The position numbers were made by a program, and so were the translations under genes. The notes below the pieces were generated by a model. It was not told the origin of the DNA and did no database searches. It was given only the letters and a program-made list of their open reading frames with translations. A stretch of DNA of 20,144 nt, from positions 1-20,144 of the forward strand of contig JBJHDK010000043.1 of NCBI GenBank assembly GCA_050486505.1. The letters run 5' to 3'. Every line of letters starts with the position of its first letter. Within the stretch, counting starts at the first letter, position 1. Positions 1 through 6,752 of this stretch are shown in pieces. This DNA comes from Fibrobacteria bacterium (GTDB lineage: Bacteria > Fibrobacterota > Fibrobacteria > UBA11236).

Positions 1-1143
1 GGGATCGGGCACAGCGATGTCAGGGAAGGCCTCACCTTTCTGGGACTGCAGGGGAAAATGGATCCCCCCCGTGCTGAAGCCACGCGCGCCGTTGAGCTCT
101 GCCAACAGGCCGGCATCCGCGTGAAGATGATCACCGGCGACCACGCCCTCACGGCTTCGGCCATCGCCAAACAAATCGGGATCACGGGATCGGATCACCC
201 CGCGGTGACGGGGCGGGAGCTGGAAAAAATCCCGGACGCGGAACTCCCCGATGTCGCGGAAAAATCCGCGGTGTTCGCGCGCGTTGCCCCGGATCAGAAG
301 CTGCGGCTCGTCACGGCCCTGCAATCCCGCGGGCACGTCGTCGCCATGACCGGCGACGGCGTGAACGATGCGCCCGCGCTCAAGCAGGCGGACATCGGCG
401 TCGCGATGGGAATCGCGGGCACGGACACCGCGAAGGGTGCCGCGGACATGCTGCTCACCGACGACAACTTCGCCACCATCGAGGCCGCAGTCGAAGAGGG
501 CCGGGGCATTTTCGACAACCTCACCAAATTCATCATCTGGACCATCCCCACCAACGCGGGCCAGGGACTGCTGATTCTCGCGGCCATCATCGCGGGAATG
601 ACGCTGCCGCTGACGCCCGTTCAGCTGCTGTGGGTCAACATGCTCACCGCCGTGCTGCTTGGTCTCACGCTGGTTTTCGAGCCCAAGGAGGCCGACCTGA
701 TGCGCAGGCCGCCGCGTGATCCGTCGATGCCCATCCTGACCTTTCCCCTGCTCGCGCGCACGGGACTGGTCACTTTGATCCTCATCATCACCGGTTTCGG
801 CCTGTTCCGCTGGACGACTGGCGATCCTTCGGTCTCGCTCGAGGTTGCGCGTACCACGGTGGTCAATACCGTCGTGGTCGTGCAGGCATTCTACCTGCTG
901 AATTGCCGGTCACTGCAGCACTCGATGTTTTCCGTCGGTCTCTTCTCGAACCGTTGGTTGCTGCTCGGCATCGCGACAACCTTGGGCGCGCAAATGCTTT
1001 TCACCTACGCCCCGTTCATGAACACCCTCTTCGGCACGGCACCCCTGCCTGTCGAGAACTGGGCGTACATCGTCTCCGCGGGCCTGCTCGCCTACGTCGT
1101 TGTGGAAATCGAGAAATGGGTTCGGCGGAACAGACAAGGATAA
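1..1143 (+). CDS. P-type cation-transporting ATPase, P2A/CtpF-like (5'-truncated by window edge)
   Basis: Frame open from base 1; motifs DPPR, MITGD, FARVAPDQK, AMTGDGVNDAPALK and QLLWVNM, followed by several hydrophobic helices; TAA stop at 1141-1143. Confidence 0.95.
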   Translation, partial: GIGHSDVREGLTFLGLQGKMDPPRAEATRAVELCQQAGIRVKMITGDHALTASAIAKQIGITGSDHPAVTGRELEKIPDAELPDVAEKSAVFARVAPDQKLRLVTALQSRGHVVAMTGDGVNDAPALKQADIGVAMGIAGTDTAKGAADMLLTDDNFATIEAAVEEGRGIFDNLTKFIIWTIPTNAGQGLLILAAIIAGMTLPLTPVQLLWVNMLTAVLLGLTLVFEPKEADLMRRPPRDPSMPILTFPLLARTGLVTLILIITGFGLFRWTTGDPSVSLEVARTTVVNTVVVVQAFYLLNCRSLQHSMFSVGLFSNRWLLLGIATTLGAQMLFTYAPFMNTLFGTAPLPVENWAYIVSAGLLAYVVVEIEKWVRRNRQG

Positions 1144-1214
1144 GGGGTACGCTCCGTCGGCAATACCGTGGCGGGGGCCGGGTCGGGGCACATGTTCTTC
1201 ATCACACCGGTTTG

Positions 1215-1240
1215 AGGGGTGACGCATGCGTCGCCCCTAC
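1215..1240 (-). repeat. GTAG-type REP-like palindrome
   Basis: Minus strand reads GTAGGGGCGACGCATGCGTCACCCCT, a GTAG tag plus a hairpin with one G-A mismatch (T-G pair on the plus strand); shares GTAGGGGC with copies at 5216, 8821 and 18882. Confidence 0.8.
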
Positions 1241-1258
1241 GGTTTACATTTGTCGGCA

Positions 1259-1825
1259 ATGCCAAACGTCAAACCCTACGTCGTTTCCGCTCCCTCGGGC
1301 GCGGGCAAGACCTCGCTCATCAACGCCTTGCTGAAGCGCTTCCCTGATCGCCTCGTGTACTCCATCTCTGCCACTACGCGTGCGCCGCGCGCGGGGGAAC
1401 AGGACGGCATCCACTACTTCTTCAAGTCCCGGGAAGAATTCCGGCGAATGATCGATGCCGGGGAAATGGCGGAATGGAACGAGGTGCACGGCAACCTGTA
1501 CGGCACCCCGCGCGCGTTCGTGGATTCCGTGCTGGCCTCGGGAAAATCGGTGATCCTCGACCTGGATGTTTATGGCAAGCCGAACTTCGACAAGGTGTTC
1601 CCCGAGGCGGTGGGTATCCTCATCGTCGCGCCCGATCTCGACACGCTGGAACAGCGCCTGCGCACACGCGGCACGGATTCCGAGGAGACGATCCGGCTCC
1701 GGTTGAAGAACGCGCGGAACGAGCTTGCGTTCGCGAAGGAGAAGGGGAAGTACGAGTTTACGGTGGTGAACGACGATTTCGACCGGGCGTTGGAGGAGTT
1801 GGGAAAAATATTGGAGGTCAATTGA
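1259..1825 (+). CDS. gmk: Guanylate kinase (188 aa)
   Basis: P-loop SAPSGAGKT, SISATTRAPRAGEQDGIHYFF, HGNLYGT, RLRTRGTDSEE. Start placed at ATG 1259 because the ORF-track ATG at 1226 lies inside the REP palindrome. Confidence 0.96.
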   Translation: MPNVKPYVVSAPSGAGKTSLINALLKRFPDRLVYSISATTRAPRAGEQDGIHYFFKSREEFRRMIDAGEMAEWNEVHGNLYGTPRAFVDSVLASGKSVILDLDVYGKPNFDKVFPEAVGILIVAPDLDTLEQRLRTRGTDSEETIRLRLKNARNELAFAKEKGKYEFTVVNDDFDRALEELGKILEVN

Positions 1826-2499
1826 TTGATTCCGCTATCTCTCTCCTACTGATCGTATGCTTAGGATTGCTCTTGGCTACAATAAAGGCCTACTTATCCC
1901 AAAAGGGAAAGAATAGAGCGCTTCGCGAAGATAATGCTGCGCTAGTAGAACAACGCGAGCGAATCAAATCGGAACACCAGTTAGAATCCGCTAAACGAAA
2001 ACATCAGTATGAGGCCCGACTAACAGCGTACAACCGCTTCTTTGAATTCTTTGATGAAAGCGGGCGCAGCTCAGCAGAAGCATTGCAGCAAAGAATTCTC
2101 CCCAAGCTTCTTAACGTGTTATTGAGTCCAACAACTGGGCAACCCCTCGCCCCAGAAATTCCTTTTGAAATACGAATGCAATCGCTGATAAGTGAAATTT
2201 TTGAAACATCGGCAACCGAGCAAGGCCAAACGATCAGTCGTTTAAAAAACCAAGCAAATACATTGAAGTTATTTGCGCCCGTTGAACTTGTAACAAAACT
2301 AGACCGACTCGTATTTCTTATCTCTCAAGAATTTCAAAGCGGAATGGACGCGATGAAGAGTATCGACATCAATCGAATAATGTCTGATCCAGCTACTGCA
2401 CAAATTGAAATTGTCAGGAATCCAGATGTGGAGGAGGAAATAGATTTTCTATTCCAAACTATCAGGAAGCTTGCGCGAGAAGATTTAGAGCGCATTTAA
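1822..2499 (+). CDS. Low-GC hypothetical protein, N-terminal transmembrane helix plus probable coiled coil (about 225 aa)
   Basis: TTG at 1822 overlaps the gmk stop (TTGA), with GGAGG at 1813-1817; hydrophobic AISLLLIVCLGLLLATI then charged helical sequence; long ORF in AT-richer DNA (about 42% GC in a sampled line). Start is inferred. Confidence 0.75.
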   Translation: MIDSAISLLLIVCLGLLLATIKAYLSQKGKNRALREDNAALVEQRERIKSEHQLESAKRKHQYEARLTAYNRFFEFFDESGRSSAEALQQRILPKLLNVLLSPTTGQPLAPEIPFEIRMQSLISEIFETSATEQGQTISRLKNQANTLKLFAPVELVTKLDRLVFLISQEFQSGMDAMKSIDINRIMSDPATAQIEIVRNPDVEEEIDFLFQTIRKLAREDLERI

Positions 2500-2514
2500 C
2501 CATAAAGAAGCCCT

Positions 2515-2621
2515 CGTCATGCCCGTGAAGACGGGCATCCAGACTGAAGGCGAGAAACCGCAAAGAACGCCTTCGCCGACTCTACTCCGCTGACTGGACC
2601 CCGGCCTTCGCCGGGGTGACG
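2515..2621. repeat. CGTC-type REP-like inverted dimer
   Basis: CGTCATGCCCGTGAAGACGGGCATCCAG (2515-2542) and inverted partner CTGGACCCCGGCCTTCGCCGGGGTGACG (2594-2621), each an internal hairpin; spacer holds a GAAGGCG/CGCCTTC stem (2546-2552/2568-2574). Confidence 0.85.
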
Positions 2622-2672
2622 GTGTGATCGCTCTACACTTTCGGCTGTTCGCTGTTCACTATCCGCGCGCGC

Positions 2673-3038
2673 TCACACAAAATGCGCGACCGATACCTTG
2701 AACACCTTCGACAACTCCTTCGCCATCCGCTTGCTCACCGTGCGACGGCCACGCTCCATGTCCGACACGAACGACGCCTTCACGCCCAACTTCTCCCCCA
2801 ACTGCGCCTGCGTCCAGCCTGCATTCTCGCGATAGACGCGCACACCATCGCCTGGGTGCGCCTCCGCATCAAGCTTCTTCTTCAGGTCGGACGCATCCCA
2901 GTCGATCAAATCATCGTCCGTCTCGGGCGTGAGCTTTAGGGACTTCCCGTACTCGCGCTTCAGTACATAAACCATCCCCTCGGAAATCCTTCCCTGGATG
3001 CGAAGATCAATAAGGGGCGTTTTCGCGACTGCCAGCAT
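2673..3038 (-). CDS. XRE-family HTH antitoxin (HigA-like), 121 aa
   Basis: C-terminal HTH_XRE pattern RENAGWTQAQLGEKLGVKASFVSDMERGRR; lies downstream of and overlaps a RelE-like gene. Confidence 0.85.
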   Translation of the reverse strand: MLAVAKTPLIDLRIQGRISEGMVYVLKREYGKSLKLTPETDDDLIDWDASDLKKKLDAEAHPGDGVRVYRENAGWTQAQLGEKLGVKASFVSDMERGRRTVSKRMAKELSKVFKVSVAHFV

Positions 3039-3288
3039 AATACACCTCGATGATGATCGTTGATTTGTCGTGTCTCCAGCACGCCACCCAGGAATAACCC
3101 AGATGGCAGTGATACTCGTCTTTTCCCAACTTGCTGAAATTCTGCCAGTCCGGAAGCATCGGGCCGCGATGCTTCAAATCCTCCATCAAATGGCGAAACG
3201 CTGACCTCGCATTTCGGGGTAACGCCTCAACTTTCTTCGCGACTTTGCGTGAAAATCTGACTTGGTACTTCGACTGCTGTTCACTCAT
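3007..3288 (-). CDS. RelE/ParE/HigB-superfamily toxin, 93 aa
   Basis: Small basic protein: YQVRFSRKVAKKVEALP, NFSKLGKDEYHCHL, WVACWR, IEVYYAGSRENAPY; toxin-first arrangement with an XRE gene. Start ATG 3288 chosen over the TTG at 3318. Confidence 0.8.
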   Translation of the reverse strand: MSEQQSKYQVRFSRKVAKKVEALPRNARSAFRHLMEDLKHRGPMLPDWQNFSKLGKDEYHCHLGYSWVACWRHDKSTIIIEVYYAGSRENAPY

Positions 3289-3289
3289 T

Positions 3290-3318
3290 AATATACCCTG
3301 TTTTAGGGTATATTGCAA
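3290..3318 (-). promoter_or_regulatory. TA promoter with palindromic operator
   Basis: Perfect 10-bp inverted repeat AATATACCCT-N5-AGGGTATATT (3290-3314); minus strand reads TTGCAA (3318-3313), 17 nt, TATATT (3295-3290). Confidence 0.75.
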
Positions 3319-3412
3319 TACCCGTCCATCACCGGAACGTTTCCGGTGCCAGGGTTAGACGATCTGGAACGATGAAAATGCCACACGTTGCGGAAACCCG
3401 GCCGGAGCCTGT

Positions 3413-3429
3413 CCCGGCGCAGGCCGGGG
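3413..3429 (+). repeat. Degenerate core of the CGTC-type REP
   Basis: CCCGGCGCAGGCCGGGG matches 16 of 17 nt of the reverse complement of the 2594-2621 unit core. Confidence 0.5.
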
Positions 3430-3457
3430 CCAAGGCAAGCGCACAAACACACGCGCC

Positions 3458-4138
3458 CTAATTCTTCCCCTTTACCCCCGCCCCGAACTCGCGGCAGATC
3501 ATGCAGCGCGCAGGGTCGTGGCGTTGCGCCGGGCAGTATTGGCGACCGTAGTAGATGAACTGCAGGTGACGCCTCCCCCATTCGTCCTCGGGGAAAACCG
3601 CCTTCAAATCCTTCTCGGTCTGCACCACGTTCTTGCCGCTCGACAAGCCCCAGCGCGCGGCCAGACGATGGATATGCGTGTCCACAGGAAACGCGGGAAC
3701 CCCGTAGGCCTGTGCCATGACGACCGATGCCGTCTTGTGCCCCACTCCGGGCAACGCCTCCAGTTCCTCCATGGTGCGCGGCAATTCTCCGCCATGACGT
3801 TCCAGCAGGATGCGCGCGAGGTTCCACACGTTGCGGCTCTTGGTCGGCGCAAGCCCGACCGTGCGAATGATCTTCAGGATTTGTTCGGGGGAAAGCTTCG
3901 CCATCGCCGCGGCGTTCGGGGCACGGCGGAACAGCTCCGGAGTCACCTTGTTCACCGAGACATCGGTGGCCTGCGCCGACAGCAGAACGGCAATGCACAA
4001 CGTAAAAGGGTCGGAATGATCCAAAGGAATGGGAGGGCCTGGATACATGCGATCGAGCACTTCTCCGATGCGACGTGCCTTCTCCCTGAGTTTTGCCTTG
4101 GCTACGGGCTCTTTCGTGCGTTTCGCGCGTACGTTCAT
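3458..4138 (-). CDS. nth: Endonuclease III (HhH-GPD DNA glycosylase)
   Basis: AVLLSAQATDVSVNKVT, HhH motif LPGVGHKTA, FPVDTHIHRL. Confidence 0.95.
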   Translation of the reverse strand: MNVRAKRTKEPVAKAKLREKARRIGEVLDRMYPGPPIPLDHSDPFTLCIAVLLSAQATDVSVNKVTPELFRRAPNAAAMAKLSPEQILKIIRTVGLAPTKSRNVWNLARILLERHGGELPRTMEELEALPGVGHKTASVVMAQAYGVPAFPVDTHIHRLAARWGLSSGKNVVQTEKDLKAVFPEDEWGRRHLQFIYYGRQYCPAQRHDPARCMICREFGAGVKGKN

Positions 4139-4167
4139 GACGCGGCAAAGGATATAACTTTGCCCAC
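4139..4167. promoter_or_regulatory. Probable bidirectional promoter for nth and hldD
   Basis: 29-bp divergent gap; GGCAAAG-N7-CTTTGCC inverted repeat (4144-4164); TAACTT on plus (4155-4160) and TATCCT on minus (4154-4149); no SD on either side. Confidence 0.6.
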
Positions 4168-5187
4168 ATGACCGTCTCCTCTCACGCGCCCTGTTACGTC
4201 GTCACCGGCGCCGCCGGATTCATCGGCAGCGCCCTCGCCCACCGCCTGAACCAGCTCGGACACGACAACCTCATCCTCGTCGATTCCCTGGGCAAGGACG
4301 CCTCCTGGCGCAATCTCGTGCCCCTCCGCTACGCGGACTACGTTGACCGCAAGGACTTTCTGGAGGGGATCCTGGCGGGCCGCTACGATGCCTCGGGGAT
4401 CTCCGCCATCTTCCATCTCGGGGCCTGCTCCTCGACAACGGAAGCCGATGCCGGTTACCTGATGAAGAACAACTTTGAATACACCAAGTTGCTTGCGCAA
4501 TGGTGCCGCTCGCGCAAGCACCCCGTGCGCTTCATCTACGCCTCCTCCGCCGCCACCTACGGCGACGGATCGCGCGGCTACGACGACGACCATGCGCTGC
4601 TTCCAGAGTTGCGCCCCCTCAACGGCTACGGATACTCCAAGCACGCCTTCGACCTGTGGGCCCTGCAGCACGGCGCCTTCGAAGGCGAAGCCGGCGTGGT
4701 GGGCCTCAAGTACTTCAACGTCTACGGCCCCAACGAATACCACAAGGGCGACATGATGAGCATGGTCGCCAAGGCCCACGCGCAGATCAAGTCCGAGGGG
4801 AGCGTGCGGCTTTTCAAGTCACACCGCAAGGACTACAAGGACGGAGAACAGAAACGCGACTTCCTCCACGTCTTCGATGCCGTGGACATGACCCTGCACT
4901 TCATGCACCATCCCGATGTTCCCGGTGGAGTCTACAACGTCGGCACGGGCGAGGCGCGCACCTGGGTCGACATGATGAAGGCCGTGTTCGCCGCCATGGA
5001 TCGCGAGCCGCGCATCGAGTTCATCCCCATGCCCGACGTGCTCAAGGACAAATACCAGTACTTCACGCAGGCAGAGATGAAGAAGCTGCGCGCCGCGGGT
5101 TACACCCGGCCCATCCAGTCGCTCGAAGAAGGCGTCGCGGCCTATGTCCCCTACCTCGAGGCCGACCGCCGCGTCTTCGGGTGGTGA
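4168..5187 (+). CDS. hldD: ADP-L-glycero-D-manno-heptose 6-epimerase
   Basis: VTGAAGFIGS, IFHLGACSSTTE, IYASSAATYG, PLNGYGYSK, YFNVYGPNEYHKG, YQYFTQA. Confidence 0.96.
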   Translation: MTVSSHAPCYVVTGAAGFIGSALAHRLNQLGHDNLILVDSLGKDASWRNLVPLRYADYVDRKDFLEGILAGRYDASGISAIFHLGACSSTTEADAGYLMKNNFEYTKLLAQWCRSRKHPVRFIYASSAATYGDGSRGYDDDHALLPELRPLNGYGYSKHAFDLWALQHGAFEGEAGVVGLKYFNVYGPNEYHKGDMMSMVAKAHAQIKSEGSVRLFKSHRKDYKDGEQKRDFLHVFDAVDMTLHFMHHPDVPGGVYNVGTGEARTWVDMMKAVFAAMDREPRIEFIPMPDVLKDKYQYFTQAEMKKLRAAGYTRPIQSLEEGVAAYVPYLEADRRVFGW

Positions 5188-5215
5188 CTGCGCGAAACCA
5201 CCAGGCGGGTTGCGT

Positions 5216-5264
5216 GTAGGGGCGAATGATGGGGCGCGGAGCGCCCGGCACAATTCGCCCCTAC
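5216..5264. repeat. GTAG-type REP-like palindrome with inserted inner hairpin, between convergent genes
   Basis: Perfect 12-bp arms GTAGGGGCGAAT (5216-5227) / ATTCGCCCCTAC (5253-5264) enclosing GGGCGC-GGA-GCGCCC (5232-5246). Confidence 0.85.
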
Positions 5265-5280
5265 TGCAACATTGACCCGG

Positions 5281-6048
5281 TCAATGCAACCCGCCGTGCC
5301 AGAGCCCCAGCGCGACGGAGAGCACCAGCGCGCCCAGGAACCCGAACCATGCGACGGGTTCGCGCCGCAGCATTTCGCGGCTGTGCGGCAACATCCCGGT
5401 CAGCACGGTGTACACGAGGATGCCCGCCGACAGGCCCAGCAGGCTTTCGAGCGGCACCCGGTCCTGTCCGCGCAGGAGCAGTCCGAGAAAGAAAAAGAAG
5501 GGCGTGATCAACCCGTTCACCACTCCGAGGACCAGCAGGCGGTTTCCACGGTAATGCCAGTGTCCCAACGCCATCGCGAGCGCGAAGGACGAAGTCACCT
5601 TGTGCACCACCATGCCCAGGTTCAGTCCGGACAACCAGGGCGGATTGATCAACCCGATCAGAATCCCGTCATTGACCGCGCACACCGCGAGCGCCAGAAA
5701 AAAAGTCCATCCGACCGGATCATGCCTGTGGCCCGTCTCGCAGCATGGATCCCGCCGAAGCACCTTGCGGGACAGGAATGCCATCAGCGCGACCCCCGCC
5801 GCGAAGGAAAACACCGGCATTCCCCCGACACCGCCCTCGAACAACGCGTGGGGAATCAAGGTCACCGCGATGTACCCCAGGAAGAAGGCCACCGTCACCG
5901 GGTAGAGATGATTCAGAACCGACGACTCGGTTTGTTCCGCGAGCTCGTGCGCATCATGGGAAGAGCGGACGCGGAAGGGCAACGTCCCCAAGGCGAAACC
6001 GGCCCAAGAAGCGAGGGCCAATCCCACCGGAAGCCAAATCGAAGACAT
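5281..6048 (-). CDS. ZIP-family-like divalent metal transporter (255 aa)
   Basis: About 8 hydrophobic segments; LIPHA, Cys/His loop CCETGHRHD, TM4-like CAVNDG, TM5-like VVHKVT, late LSAGILVY...MLP pattern. Start at ATG 6048 inferred from the upstream TACCTT box. Confidence 0.7.
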   Translation of the reverse strand: MSSIWLPVGLALASWAGFALGTLPFRVRSSHDAHELAEQTESSVLNHLYPVTVAFFLGYIAVTLIPHALFEGGVGGMPVFSFAAGVALMAFLSRKVLRRDPCCETGHRHDPVGWTFFLALAVCAVNDGILIGLINPPWLSGLNLGMVVHKVTSSFALAMALGHWHYRGNRLLVLGVVNGLITPFFFFLGLLLRGQDRVPLESLLGLSAGILVYTVLTGMLPHSREMLRREPVAWFGFLGALVLSVALGLWHGGLH

Positions 6049-6206
6049 GGGGGGCAAAGGTAGGCAATCCCCCATCGAATTGATAGGGGGATATCAAAAT
6101 GAAACGCCCCGCGCCGAGACCCGAAAGGGAGCTTCCAGGCTCGTCCGGGTTGGGACTTACGCCCCGTTTCAGATTTCCAATTGCCCGTTCCGTCTATATT
6201 CCCCCC

Positions 6207-6716
6207 ATGCGCCTCCGTAAATTCATCGCGTTCGCTGCATTGCTTCTCACGGGTGCCCTGTTGCTCGACATCTGGCTGTCGCGCCCCGGACGCCACCCCG
6301 TTCCGGAGCACTTGCCCGACATCAGCCTGCCCACACTCGAAGGCGGCAGCTACAGCATTGGACGGGGGGACTCCCTGGTGACCTTGCTGGTGTATTGGGC
6401 CACGTGGTGCCACCCCTGCATCGTGGAAATTCCGCACCTCATCGAATTCCACGACAAGTTCGCAGACAGGGGATTCCGCGTCGTCTCCATCAATATCGAC
6501 GACCCCACGGGGGAGAAAATACCCGCTTTCGTGGAGCGCTTCGGCATCAATTACCCCCTGTTGATCGATGCCGACGGCAGTTCGGAGAAGAAGATGGGCG
6601 GGATCCTCGCCTTGCCGACATCCTTCCTCATCGGACGCGACGGACGTGTGGAGCGCAAGCTGGAGGGACTGTACCCCGCCGAAGTGCTCGAGGAACTGAT
6701 CACCGGGCTGTTGTAG
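6207..6716 (+). CDS. TlpA/ResA-family thiol-disulfide oxidoreductase with N-terminal membrane anchor (169 aa)
   Basis: WATWCHPC active site, INYPLL, LPTSFLIGRDGRV; N-terminal hydrophobic segment after MRLRK. Confidence 0.92.
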   Translation: MRLRKFIAFAALLLTGALLLDIWLSRPGRHPVPEHLPDISLPTLEGGSYSIGRGDSLVTLLVYWATWCHPCIVEIPHLIEFHDKFADRGFRVVSINIDDPTGEKIPAFVERFGINYPLLIDADGSSEKKMGGILALPTSFLIGRDGRVERKLEGLYPAEVLEELITGLL

Positions 6717-6752
6717 CAGGGGGAACCCCCGTTTTCTACCTTTTCGCCCCTA

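Noticed and set aside
1474..1821. N-terminal part of the 341-aa ORF overlapping gmk
   Set aside because: Shadow frame of gmk; composition changes only at about 1822.
2494..3360. Integron cassette/attC interpretation (ATTTAAC at the orphan's stop, GTTAGAC at 3354, inverted TA pair)
   Set aside because: The two boxes are about 850 bp apart and not complementary; the hairpin at 3324-3360 is too short for an attC and lacks L boxes; no integrase present.
6113..6140. SRP (4.5S) RNA helix-8 resemblance, GAGACCCGAAAGGGAGCT
   Set aside because: Canonical CAGG...AGCA internal loop is not matched and no long rod-like stem is evident; kept only as an unassigned structured-RNA candidate.
6135..6165. Twister-ribozyme-like GTCCCAACCCGGA on the minus strand
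   Set aside because: The other conserved twister elements and pseudoknot partners are missing.
6719..6736. GGGGGAACCCCCGTTTT as tlpA terminator
   Set aside because: Only a 4-bp stem is feasible and the T-run is short; the TTTTC is equally explained as part of the leuC promoter motif.
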